This document shows positions 50,921-63,450 of a stretch of DNA of 64,000 nucleotides, piece after piece. Numbering within the stretch: position 1 is the stretch's first letter; every line of letters starts with the position of its first letter. The notes under the pieces are model-generated. The model had not been told where the DNA came from and searched no databases. It saw only the letters and a program-made list of their open reading frames with translations. Source of the DNA: Vicugna vicugna (Eukaryota); contig MU058009.1 of NCBI GenBank assembly GCA_013265495.1, positions 3,055,780 to 3,119,779 of the forward strand, written 5' to 3'. The translations under genes and the position numbers were made by a program.

Positions 50921-51624
50921 CTTTCCTGTTGCTTAGCAACACTGAGGAATTGGGACATAAGTATATAAAGTGCTGACTGCAGACAAAAGGAGTGTGGTAG
51001 GGAGAGCCCAGGATCACAACGCACTAAAGGAGAGAAAGGGACTAAAAATCAGTAAATTGCTTCCGCAGAGATAATTTGCAATAAATATGTGTGATTACAG
51101 GACCTTGGGCGTTTTAACTTGGAAGGGATTGAGGACTCATAAAACGCAACCCATTTGTTTTTAAAGTGTGGCTCAAAGAGTTAACTGACTTGGGCAGGAT
51201 TCCAGAACCGGACAGGGGCCCAAACCTCCAAACCGCCACTGACTGCTCTCTCTCTTTCTCAAGGCATGTGTCATAAAAGTCGCCAATCTAGCAAAAGACA
51301 AGGACGAAATCAAATACGCCAATACAAATGCAGCAGCAGCAGCAACAAAGACACCCCATGGCCTGCCTGGCTGCTGCTGAAAGCCATTGTCCCTTGCTGA
51401 GCCTGCCTGCCCGCCATGTCCCTACACCCAGGTCCTTGACCCTTGACGGACAGGAAGCCGCTGGAGGATTTGCAGTCCCAGCTCTTCAGGCAGGGAAGAG
51501 AGTAGGTCTCTGCACCCAGTTATCTCAGCCAAGACAGCAACACTTTGGCAAGTGTTCACCCTGTGTCACCAACAGTGCTAAGTACTTTGTGTGCATCAAA
51601 CTTACAGAGGTGTGATTTACTCGG

Positions 51625-52320
51625 ACTAAAAGCACCGAATTACAGGCTGAGTTAGCTCGGTGACTTTGACAAACGTATGGCCCTGTGTGGCCAGCGCCAC
51701 AGTCAAGACAGAGAGCGTTTCGGTCCCCCTCACCTCTGAAAGCTTCATGCTCCCTTGCAGATAGTCCCCTCCCCTCGTACCCAGGGCCCCTGACACTCCT
51801 TCTGTCGCTAGAATTTGTTCTAGAATTTCATATAAACAGAATCGCACAGCGTGTAGTCTTCCAGATTCCTCCATGTGGTTGTGTGTACGAGGGCTTGCGG
51901 CTTCTCATTGGTAACCAGTGCTCCGCGTGTAGATGCACCGCACTCTGCTTGTGCACCCCGTGGTTGGTAGGTCGGGGCTTGTCTCCAGTCTGGGGCAATT
52001 ATGAATCAAGTGCGAGGAACATTCTTGTGGAAGTCTCCGTGGGGACATACGCTTTCACTTCTCTTAGGCAAATACCTAAGGGTGGGTTGTATATGTTCAC
52101 TTTATAAGAAACTGTCAAAATGTTTTGCCAAGCAGTTGTAGCATTGTACATCCTTAACAGACATTTGCGAGAGTTCCAGTTGCTCCGCAGACTTGTTTTC
52201 TAGTGGGTGTGTGGTAGTATCGCACTGTGGGATTAGTTTATATTTCGCTGGCAGTTAATGGTGTGAAAATTGTCATATCTCTGTTTGCTACTTACATACC
52301 TTTTGGGGAGAGCCTCTTTT
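51625..52320 (-). mobile_element. L1MC/MD-like 3' fragment
   Basis: 'ttctagaatttcatataaacagaatcgcacag' and 'gctttcacttctcttaggcaaatacctaag'. Confidence 0.75.
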
Positions 52321-52779
52321 CAAAATATGTGAAATTTATTTCTGTATCTGTAGGGCTTTAATTAATGAAGTATTCTTTGATACTGCAGAAATTACTTGCC
52401 AAAGTGTGTAATTGAAATTTGGCATACCATAATCATTTATATTTGGCAGTGTTTTGAGACAAAAGAGGTAGTTAAACAACATATGGTCCACACCCTGAGT
52501 CCCAGACATCACAGCACCGTTGTGTATTTTATGTGAACACTGAGATACAAAGAAAAGTCTCAGAAATAGACAAAAGAAATGTTAGGGTGCTTAGAGGTCG
52601 TTTTCATCATTAGGATAAAGATACCATGAAAAAGAAAGATAAGCCTAGGAACTATTTTTGGCAGAAAATGTATAGAAATTGTTGAGGAGTGGTAAACAGG
52701 GTAAGTGGGGGGAGCCCCATGGTGATACATGTTGAAGCGGTTGATTTAATGGTTTTATTCAGAGACAGGACTCTGTTAG

Positions 52780-55140
52780 AGCAAAGCGAGGAGTTTAACA
52801 AAGCGTCTCCCCTCCCCTCCAAAACAAGTAGACCTGGAAAAACAACCAAAAACCACGGTTTCAGGGTTTGGCAAATCAACCAGAGACAAACAAGAAACTG
52901 AGAAATGTTTATTCATGGAAATATGTTAGAACTTTGGATGAGAACAGTGGAAGTGCACAGAGAGTCTGCAGCCCTCTTGCCTGGAACTGTTCCTCCCCCA
53001 CACCCCCTCCAGAAGCTTGGTCAGTGAAGTACTCGTACCAGGGCGGGACTGCCCTGTGGAGACCACTGCTAGAGGGGGCTGACTTACTTGGGCTGAGGGC
53101 CAAACCCATTCCTGGCAGCGTTATCGGTACCAGAGTAGCATACGTGATAGAAGTAAACGGGGGGTTCCGATAGCTCTGCTAACCTGGGTTTGCAGACCCA
53201 GTTATGGCAAGCGACAGACCAGTCAAGAACTTAACAAGGAGATGCTGGAAATGACAGAACCATAGAAAAGCTAGGCAAGGGCTCCATACCTCCCTGGGTG
53301 AATGGGAAATGGTGCTCATCTTTACAGGGCACCCAAGGAGGTCCCGAGGAAAGTGACGCCTAGGCAGACGTGAAAACAGCCTGAAGTTGAATGCTTCCTT
53401 TAACACACACACACAAACACAAGCAGATCTGTCAGCAGAGGGTGGAAGCCTTACAGCTCAAGGTTCTTGAGTGCAACCTCTCAGGAATCAGTGACTTACC
53501 AGTAAGCTATGCAGGCGCAGGATGACTGATAGGAAGCTAGGCAGAAAAACAAAATGAGAATTTCAAAACAGCTGAGCGGAGACATTCTGGCTGCACATCT
53601 CAGGGAGGGAGATTGTGCAGATTAAGTCCAAATAAGTTACTAATAACAACAAACTATGGTTTGTTTGTTTCTATGTAGAAAACAAACTGTGATTACCAAA
53701 GGGGAAAGGGCTGGGGGGATAAATTAGGGGTTGTGGATTAACAGACACATGTTACTAAAGAAAAAATAGATAAACAACAAGGACCTATTGTATAGCACAG
53801 GGAACTGTATTCAATTTCTTGTAATAACATAATGGAAAAGAATCTGAAAAGAAAAAAAATGTATGTGTATGTATAACTGAATCACTGCTGTACACCTAAA
53901 ACTAACATTATAAATCAACTACAATTTTATAAAAAAATTGAAAAACAACAACCACCTCATGGAAAAAAATATAATCCAGAAGAGTTACAATATATGGTCT
54001 GAAGTGTCAATTTTCAAGAAAATATCACAAGATATTCAAAATAACAGGAAAATGTGATCCATTCTCAGGAAAAAAAAAATCCATAGAAACTTACTCTGAA
54101 AGGGCCCAGATGTTATATTTAGCACACAAAGACTTCAAAGCAGGTCTTGGAATGTATTTAAAAAATTAAATAAAAGTATGATGACAATGATCCTCGAATA
54201 GGAATTCTCAATAGAGAAACAGAAACAATAAAGAGGAACCAATGGGAATTCCAGAGAGACACAAATCCGATCATATCAACAATCACATTAAATAGTCCAT
54301 TAAATAGACCAAACACTTCAGTGAAAATGGTGAGATCAGAATAGATACAAAAGAAAGATTCCGCTATGTGCTGACTACAAGCGACACACTTCAAAGTGAA
54401 AAATAACAGCAAGACTGAAAGTTTAAGAATGGAAAAGACACATAGAAACAGTAAACAAAAGAGAGCTGGAGTGGCTGTATCTATCAATGTCGAACAAAAT
54501 AGACTCAGAAAATGCATATTAGTAGAGATAAACAGGGACATTTCATAATAATAAAAGGGTCAATACATCAGGAAGATATAATGATTTTCAATGTATATTC
54601 ACCTAACAAGACCCTAAAATACAAAAAGCAAAAATTGAGAGAATTTAAAGGAGACATAGACTATTCAATATGTATAGTTCAAAATTTCAAGACCCTTGAT
54701 ATTGATAGAACAAGCAGACAGAAGATTAAGAAAGATATAGAAGATTTGAAAAAACAGTTGACCAACATGATCTAACTGATATTTATAGAACACTTTACCA
54801 GAAGTAAGTACAAAATACATTCTTTCAAGGGCATGTACAACATTCTCCAGAAGACATCATATGATAGGTCTTAAGTTTCCATGATTGTAAAAGGGCTGAA
54901 GTGACTCAAAGCATGTTTTCCAACTGCAATAAAATTAAGCTGGAAAGCAACAACAGAAATCTGAGAAATCTCCAAATATCCAAAAATTAAACAACACATT
55001 TCTAAATAACCCAGATCAAAGAAGAAATCACAAGGAATTAGAAACTATTTTGAGCTAAATGAAGATAACGTATAAAACTTTATGGGATGCAGCTAAAGAA
55101 GCGCTTAAAGGGTACGTTCCAGCTTTAAACATGTGTATTA
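52780..55140 (+). mobile_element. Old L1: 5' UTR, ORF1 remnants and ORF2 endonuclease region
   Basis: ORF 54512-54775 ([28 protein letters not shown]) is the L1 EN domain, with many stops around it. Confidence 0.85.
53676..53945 (+). mobile_element. Younger artiodactyl L1 3' end nested in the older L1
   Basis: 'aacaacaaggacctattgtatagcacagggaac...gtataactgaatcactgctgtacacct...aatcaactaca' followed by an A tail. Confidence 0.85.
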
Positions 55141-55354
55141 AATGTAGTCCCAGTTTAGAAAAGCCATTGTTATAAATTAGAAAAACTCTTGTTGTATAAG
55201 CAGATCCTAGAGTTTGTTGGTTCAGTGCTGGTACGTCTTTGCCAAAGGTTTTTAAAGACTTTAAATACATATAAATGTATATATATATATGCATGTGTGT
55301 AAGTGCATATAATATATTGTAAGGTGCTTTATCAAGGAAAGGTCTTGTAGATAA

Positions 55355-55580
55355 CCACTGGTGTGTTTTGAATTTCTATCTACTCGTGAGGCACTGGGCT
55401 AAGCATTTTATACACATGATTTCATTTAATATCTATAACAATCCTATGACATATTATTAAGGAAAATAAGGCTTAGAACGTTTATAACTTGACTCCATTA
55501 ACATGTTAGATACACGGCAGAACTGGATTCAAATCCAGGTCTCTTGGACGGCAAAGCCAGTGCTCTTAAATTTTGCTCTA
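55355..55580 (-). mobile_element. MIR SINE
   Basis: 'ctaagcattttatacacatgatttcatttaat...ctggattcaaatccaggtct'. Confidence 0.75.
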
Positions 55581-55713
55581 ATCACCTCCCTTTTCAGATT
55601 TCAAGGCTTTTATTCTAGGGCCTAGATTTCACACATTCTTCAGCCATGAAGATTAAGATGAGAAATTCCTGTGTCTCATCCTTGCAGACCTCTGATATAA
55701 GTGTGCAAATTCC

Positions 55714-56213
55714 TGTGGACCAAAAATATTGCCAGCCATATCAGTAAACAAAGGATGCTGTGGCCATTCAAATCATCAGCCATCACCGCCACCCCTTACG
55801 GTGAGCAGAAGGAACTCGGGATGCAGACAAGCAGGCAGCCTGGCCTCTTCCGTGACCCCCAGTGGTGCCCCCTGAGGGAACTCAGGATGGGAAAGCACAG
55901 GACACTGGCCCTAGATTGCTAGGTGTGTGTTAAAGGAATAATTTCCACCTTTTCACCTTCCCTTACATGGAAAAGCGCTAAATTCCTTAACTTGAGATGT
56001 CTGCTTTTCTTTAATTAGCTGTAATCTTTCGATGTTCCGACTACCTGGTTTTTGTTGCAAAAGCCCATACATCCTGGCTTCTACCTTGCCACCGTGCCAC
56101 AGTCCATCAGCGCAATCTGAGAGGCTGGCATCCCAGGCTTAAGTCCTCAGAAATGTCCGCCGAATAAAACACAGCTTTCCGCTTTTAGGTTGTGCCCTTT
56201 ATTTCTGATGACA
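55714..56213 (+). mobile_element. ERV1 solo LTR, MER41-like cetartiodactyl family
   Basis: 500-bp TG...CA unit with AATAAA at 56163. The end 'aataaaacac...cttttaggttgtgc...gaca' resembles the recalled MER41_BT-type terminus. Flanked by tcc/tcc. Confidence 0.7.
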
Positions 56214-56650
56214 TCCAGTGGGTTCTTGCCTTGCCAGTTCCATTCCTCAATGTGCACAGCTTTGGTTTACTTTGGGTACTGTAAGGTGGACCATCTGCCC
56301 GCCCTCCAGAGCGTGTCATGTATCTTTTGCTTTCCTCCTATTCAGATGCCCTTTTTAGGTCTTGAAGTCAGCACACCTGATTTTGATGTGAACTCCTAGC
56401 AGTCGGGCCCTGTCTGAAATAAAGGCTCACATTTTTGTCTGGAAAACAGCGGACGTATTCTGACTTGATTAGGAAGACTGAGTGCGAATAGATAACAGGT
56501 GATACTGATCCGGCACAAAAATATGTGCAAACTGGAAACATCCTAACAATGTTAGTTGGGACAATACATTGAAATGAAGGCCTCTTTCAGATTTATGGGG
56601 TGCCCGGAAGTCACGAACTTGTGGTCGTGATAACTTCCAGTGGCTAGGGC

Positions 56651-56778
56651 TTTTGTGTGTTTGTTTTTGGGGGGTGATTAGGTTTGTTTATTTACTTATT
56701 TAATGGAGGTGCTGAGGCCTGAACCCCGGACCTGTGCACGGGGGATGTGTGCTCTGCCACTCAGCCATGTCCTCCTCC
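56651..56778 (-). mobile_element. Vic-1-like tRNA-derived SINE, diverged
   Basis: 'gggggtgattaggtttgtttattt...aatggaggtgctgaggcctgaacccc...tgctctgccactcagcca' is the reverse of the SINE at 48385 plus its tail. Confidence 0.8.
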
Positions 56779-58729
56779 TCACTGTTTTTTTTTTAAAGAT
56801 AAAAACCACCATTTGGTAAGACTGACTATGTATCAAGTGACTAAAACCATGAACCACGGATTTGATTTTTTTTAATCAAATAAAAGAGACACTGCAGCAA
56901 AACTAGTTTCATATTTTTTCCCTTAGACTACTCTTCCGTGGCTATAAACATGGAATCTGGGAGAGTTCTGGATAGCTCCTCTCCAGTTTCCGTATCTTGC
57001 GTATGAAATAGATGCCCAAAGAAGAGGGGAGGCCCTCAAAGGCACTTGAATCTCTGGCACCAGCAATGGAGCTGGACCCTGGAGGGGCCTTAAGACGTGT
57101 GTAAGGGGGACCAGCCCAGGGACGCCCAGCTCAGACCCGGAAAGAAAACCCACTTCCCAGATTGCTCCGGCTGGCCCTTCTGTCCATCCTGTGGGCTTTG
57201 ACCTTAACAGATGCACGCATCTGTCACAGACACAGATTCTTTTGGGGACCCAAAAAGACCTTTGGTCAGTGTTCCTGAGGAAGCAAGACTCCGACTTATT
57301 GGGGTTTCTCCATTTAGGGTGTGTCTGGGCTTTTGCACTGCCGAAGGCAAAGCGCTGGTGAAGCTGCACTCAATGCCAGGTTCCTTCCTGAGACTCATGG
57401 GGCCCCGTCTCCTCTGTCTCCACCTCCAGGGCCAGATGGCCTGAAACAAAGACCTCTGAATAGCTCTTCTCTCCGGTCACCCGGGCCCCTGGATTTCCCT
57501 TTTAATTTCTTTTTAAAATACCCACTTCCCTAAGGGTGCCTGTTCCTGAAACAGACACCTAGTGAGGCGGTGGAGCAGGTGTCACATCCCCAGGTGCTAT
57601 CTCATTCTTTTGATCGCTCCCTATTGTTTTTTCTCCCACTCTCCCAGCTTGCGGTCCTGGCTGCACCTGGGGTGGACTGGTTTGCATTCACCTGGCTTAT
57701 CTCCATCCGGGTCTATTCATCCCCCCTACTTCCTCACCACTGGGCTTCTTTCTCCGCATCCCCTGATCATCTTTCTTTGACACAATTGACCTTGAAAGGC
57801 CTCTCGGGGTTTCTAGGGCTGAGCCAAAATGCCCGGGGAGACGTGTGGCCGTGGGAGATCCCGGGGAGTGTGGGGAAGGGAGCGGGGGCACAGGAGGAAG
57901 CTGGCTCTTCCAGCCCGGCTTATGAGCCTGGGCAGTGGACCAGCTCCCTCTGACCAACGTGCGGGAGACCATCAGCAAACATGCTGCCCTTCCCGTTCCC
58001 ACTTAAATGTCTCCCCTTGGGGAGAAGATTACTTGCAGAGAGAGCACAAAGTAGGTGGGCTTTAGGAAACAGTTGAATTGTGAAGAATATTAATTGAAGA
58101 GGGTGTGAAAAATCAGGACCGCTAATATGAATGAGGCAGCTTACCGTGGGGGCCGGGTGGAGGGACCAGCCCAGCCTCCACGCAGGGGGGTCGGGGTGGC
58201 AACCGAGGGGGCAACAAGGTTGACGGCTGGCGCTCAGAGGCAGAGGGTGTAAGGTTTGAGTCCTGGACTCAGAACCAGGTCCATGAATAGCAATCATGGG
58301 GTAGGGTACCTCTGTCACCTGGCGCCCGGTGTGTATGACAGGGATGGGGCACTTGGCTAAAGGAGCTGAGTGGACTTCCCTCTCCCTCATCACCCACCTG
58401 AGTCCATCCTGTCCAGGTACTAGGAGAAAGGCAGGTACCCGTGGTCCGAGGAGCTGGGTCCGGGTAAGGTGCATGGCTTTGGCTTTTGTGGGCAAGCTCT
58501 CCCCAGTTCAGCCTCAGACAGACTGACCTGAGGCACTGGAGGAAGCCGGGAGACTAAAGGTGGGAGGCCCGCGTATTGCTGTAGCCACTTCACTTCAAGG
58601 ACTTTGTCTCATCCTCTGTGCGCGATCAGTCCCGTCTTTTCACAGTCCTGTCTTCTACGAAACTTTCAGCCTTTAGAGCAGCACTATCATCAGAATCAAT
58701 GGGCACAGAATGTTTATTTCAGCCAAGCC

Positions 58730-59940
58730 TGCACTGAGCGCTTACTGTATGCACGCAGCGCAGAGTAAGCCCCCTCGGGGTGGGGAGGCGCCTGGGGGAG
58801 ACTTGGGATTCCGCTCTGCCGTTAGAGGGGTCTGAGCCCCTGGGTCCCGCCTCCCCACCAGGCACGCGACAGACCTTGGCTGAGCGGGGTGTCAGCTGAG
58901 GGCCCTGCGCTTCCTGCCGGAGCACCGTGATTGGGCAGCCTCCAGAGGAGTCCGGGTGGAGAAGCTGGGTAAAGAGTGCTGCAGCGTGTGTCCCCGGCAC
59001 CTGGAGGCGCCCGGGGGTGCTGGCACCCTGGCCAGCTTTGCAGCTGGTCCTCCGGCCCGTCCACCCCGGCCCGGCCACAGCGCACCCTCGGCCCGGGCCT
59101 GGGACACCCTGGCTTTGAGGAAACGCACCTCTCTGAGCAGCTCTGACGGCTTTCTATTTTTACGCCTCTCCAGGTCCTTCTTCTCCAGGGCAACCACACA
59201 CACAGCGCTGCTCTGCAGTTTATTTTCGTGCTGCAGAGAAGCGCCTTCCCTCCGCTTCCCAGCTTGGCATCGGCGGCCTGGCCGTGTTGGTCTTGGATGG
59301 TCCCCGCGGCCTCAGTCTCAGAGCTGGCATGGCCTTGTTATGCCAGCTGGGGAAGGACAACACACCTAGGGGGGTGCTAGGCCGGGCCTGGGGGTGGCTG
59401 GGCAGGGGTCCTAATGCCTGGAGGGCGACACGGGCTGCCAGCATGACTTCATCCCTTCATCTCCCTGGGCTGTCCGGGCTCTGCGGAGGCGCTGGGGTGT
59501 TTGTGCAGCGGCCCGGGCCCTGGGGGAGCGACGCCCGTCTTACCTGGGGTCGCCCTCCCTGGCCTCCAGGTGGAGTCTGTACTCCAGGTTAGGCCTTGCC
59601 CCGGTGTCTGGCTTACAGAATATTCACGCTGCTGTCTCTTCTTCTCACTTAATGTTTGGACCAGGTATTGTTTCAAACAAGAAAACTGAAAAACAGATGG
59701 GTTGTGGTTTCCCGGCTTCGCGTCTCCAACGACATGATAGAAACCAGGAGTCAACCCGTTGGATGCTCTGGGACCTGACTCTGCACTTCTTATGTTGGCA
59801 AAGTCCGCGCTGAAGCTGCCAGCCGGGGGCGGCGGGGGCGGAACTGAGGCTCCCCGCCAGAAGCGTGCCTCCCTTCCTCCCAACGCCACTGTCACTTCAG
59901 CCAGAGGACCCGGGACGGGGGCTGATTAAGCCTCACGTGC
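58730..59940. promoter_or_regulatory. CpG-island-like region (possible alternative promoter or enhancer)
   Basis: Dense CpG and GC content, GC boxes (CCCGCCTCCC near 58846, GGGGCGG near 59826-59841), and inverted CCAAT 'gattgg' near 58929. Confidence 0.5.
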
Positions 59941-62649
59941 TGGCTCCTGCCTGGAAGATGCTGACCCACTGTCTGGAAGAGGCCCCTGGCATTGTTTTTC
60001 CGGGGGTGATGATAGGAGGTGCTCAGTCACCAGTGGTCTCTGCCCTCATCACCCCAGGAGCCCAGGTCCTCTTTGGAATTGGGGGTTCAGCAGTGTGTGA
60101 CTCAGGACCCCACCTCTCTCCGTGCAGAGTGACCGTTTGAAGGGTCGCGTCTGCATCCCACACCTCATCGTCCCCTTGGAAGGAAGGAACAAATTGTTCC
60201 CAGCGGGCCGCTCAGCTAAATGTGACGTCAAGGAACAGGCGACATGGGTCGGACCTTGGAGACCAAGCTCTGCTCTCTCTCATCACCTAAACGAGGGATC
60301 TGAGTAGAATGTAAGTCTCGTGGACACAAGAAAAGGTATTTGGAGAAAACATAGTGAATACTGGCTGTGGACACGCTCATAATAAGAAAACCTTTTCAGA
60401 GTGGCCCAGGATTGCCAGGGGCCAGGTCGTCTGGGGCCAGTGTGAGGCCCCCTCTCCTGTGGGTGCGTGGAGTCTGCAGGCAAGATGTTCTGGGATGTGG
60501 GCCCTAACGTGTGCCCCATGGAGCACTTGTCCTTGGAAGTCATTTCTATTGGGGAAGGGTTCCCTGATCAAATGAGATTCAAAGCTGCTACGTTCTCCGC
60601 TTGGAGAGTCACAATATACATTAATGACTCAAAAACATACACTTGAGAAAACTTTTAACTCAATTTAACCCTGTGTTTCCCAACTTTGAAGACAGAATGC
60701 TAATTTTGCAAAACGTCTGTGGAGCACATTTTGGGGACAGCTGCTTTCCTGGAAGACGGTGCACGATGCCTGCAGTTGGCAGGATCTCCTGGTCGAGCTG
60801 GGAAGTTAATATTCCTCAGGGATCATGACCTCGCTTCATCTGAATGGATGAGTGGTCTGGGCCGGCTCAGGACTGAGTTGGCAGCTCTCTCCTGCGTACT
60901 AGAAATTTGATGTTGCCTCCTCAAGAGGGATAGGGAGGGGAGAACCCTTGCCTTTAAAAATTAACTTTCTCACAGTGACAGTGAAAGCTTTAGGGCTCCG
61001 GAAGTCATTCTCTCATGCTCTAAGACTAAAAGGTTAGTCCCGCTCACCTGTTTTCCATCAGGGTCTGCTACTCTGGAACGGCCACTTAGGCAGCCTGGGC
61101 GGGGACTTGATTTTAAACATCTGAGAGTCGGAGACCTCGTCCTCCATCGGTCCCTTCAGAACACGGGCTCATGCCTGGACCGGCACCGATTCTAGGTTTA
61201 CTGAGTGGAACCCGTACGGCTTAGCTTTGTATGTGGTCTGGGAACAGAGCGAGTGTATAGTCCTTAGTCTGGGCCATTCCTGACTTATTTTCCATGTCTT
61301 GGGTTTTCAATGGACAAGAATTTATGACCTGAGGTTTGGAAACGCTTAGTCAGAGCCCAGACCTTCCACGGAGTTCCTTCAGGAGCTTCAGCTCTGGACT
61401 CAATGACAAAGATTTCCTGTCCAGCTCTCCACATATTTTCTGGTGGACATGGTTCCTGTCAGCACACGTCTCTGTGTTCTTGTCTCACCTGCTGTTTTGC
61501 TGATAACCCGTCACGTGACCGCTTTTGACTGTGTTTTCCCTCCTGGCCACATTTTGTTGTGTTATATTCACCCGCAGCCCCACCTGGACCTCCAAACCAG
61601 CTTCAAGTCCCTGATGGAGCATTCTGTCTGTCCCCTTATAGTTGCCCTTCGTCTCCATGAAGAAGTCCTGAAAGCCTGTTCCAAGCAGTGAGACCAAGGC
61701 TAACCATCTCCTCCCGCCCCTCAGCCCACCGACCGACTTCACGTCTCCTGCAGATTTGCCTCCAAAGGGGATCCAGGTGAAAGAGGAACAGGCCAGACCA
61801 CGTCGAGTTCTGGGGAGGTTTCAGTTTCCCAGTCTTGATGAATTTACTGAGTAAGAAAACGTCCCGTCTGGGCCCAGCTCGGCTGACCCTTCTGTGACAC
61901 CTCGGGGCTTGACAGCAAACCAATGAGTCCTGAGGTCAAAGGAGTTCTGGCTTCAAAGGAAAAATGCGGGGTGTAGGTGCCTTCCCTGGCTGGGGTTCCC
62001 TCTCTTGTTACTTTTGATTGATTCTTATACACGGATGAAGGCAGAAAGTGCCGACCAGTCACCCGTCATGCCCGCCGCCAGCACACGCTTGTAATTACCA
62101 TGTGGCCGCTCGCTGCCTGTGTGGAGCACATGTGCTTGACCTGACTTGGCAGCGCCTTCCTTCTGGCTTCTTCCTTGAGGGCAGGTCTTGCAGAATTTTG
62201 TCTACATAATGTCAATTATTCGGCTGATCATTTCCCTGGAGATTTCCAGCTGATGCACATGGCAACAGAACCAGTTCAAAGGTGCAGGGATGCGCCTGGG
62301 TGTAAGAAATGTCCCCACTTTCGTTTCTTGGATGAATGAAGTTTGCACAAAGTGATGCTCTTCCAGCGTGCAGAAATGTCTCTGCGCATCACTTCCCGGG
62401 GACCCAGCTGGGGCGGGCTGAGGTGGCGCTTAAAAGCCATCACCCAAAAGGAGAACTCTGCAGAAACCACAAAGTAATTTGCAAGGTACATATTAAAACA
62501 GTTGCTTCAGATGCACCCTCAGCCCTCACACATGTTTACACGGTTGGGGAGTTTTGCTTCTTCCATGATGAACTCTACGTGTCTCTGTTTGACTTTCTTT
62601 TTCCCTGGACCTGTCCTCTCTCCTTCATTCGCCCTGCTTTCTTCTGCAG

Positions 62650-62721
62650 ATCACCCATGTGTGCTGACTATCTAGATAGCCCCGAGGAAACAAACACAGA
62701 AAGCCGCCCGGAAAGAGTGTG
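62650..62721 (+). CDS. Candidate internal 72-nt symmetric exon (phase 2/2), xSPMCADYLDSPEETNTESRPERVx
   Basis: Long pyrimidine tract ending ctttcttctgcag|, donor TG|GTACGT, length a multiple of 3, and only one of three frames open. Confidence 0.5.
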
Positions 62722-63234
62722 GTACGTGGTGGAGCAAGGGGGAAGCGATCCAGGGGGTTTCTCCGTCTCTGAAAGCCCGAGATGGATGCATGGCTAGAAA
62801 ATGCCTCATTTAGAGACAGACAGGGAATGTCACCAGGAGGTTCACACTTTCTCATTAAAATCTTGTTCCCCTTCCCAGGACCCCCCGCTCTGACACTGCC
62901 GTGGGCAAGGAGAGTGTGGGCCAGGTTTTAAAATAATTATGTAATTGGCCACCTGGCTTTCATAACAATATCTGGCCCTGGACTTTGGGTAAGACCTTAG
63001 GCAGCTTTTTAAACCTGGGAGGTACTTACTCGGAAGGCAATTAAAGTAGGTGTTAGCTGGAGCCACCTGGAAAGGCGTTCTGCCTCACTGATGGGTGGCC
63101 GTCAGGAGGATGGTTTGCAATCCTGCTTCACTGGATCTGAGAGCCCATCTTGGGGCCTGAGGCTGAAGAAGAGGGCCTGGTTCTGCACAATACCTGGCTA
63201 TCATACAGTATTAGAGTAACGATGGCTCTCTAAA

Positions 63235-63450
63235 GGTTTTAATGCTTATTAAGTGCCAGCCATATAGTCAGATGTCATGATATACAAAGTAAACCTCCCG
63301 TGGGAGGTAATGTTACTGTCGTCCTCACTGAGCTGTGAGGACACTGAGGCTTCCAGAGCTGCAGTAGCCTGTCCAAGGTCATCCTGCTTCAAAGCTGCGC
63401 AGCTGCCACTCGACCCCTGGCCGAGTGTGACGCAGAGCCCAGGCACGTCC
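63235..63450 (-). mobile_element. MIR SINE
   Basis: 'aatgcttattaagtgccag...gtgaggacactgaggct...ctgtccaaggtcat'. Confidence 0.65.

Noticed and set aside
51328..51615. PolyQ protein (MQQQQQQ)
   Set aside because: Only (CAG)4(CAA)2, with no splice context, and the ORF runs into a MIR-like sequence.
27848..62721. Gene symbol assignment for the candidate exons
   Set aside because: I do not recognise any of the peptides, so naming a gene would be a guess.
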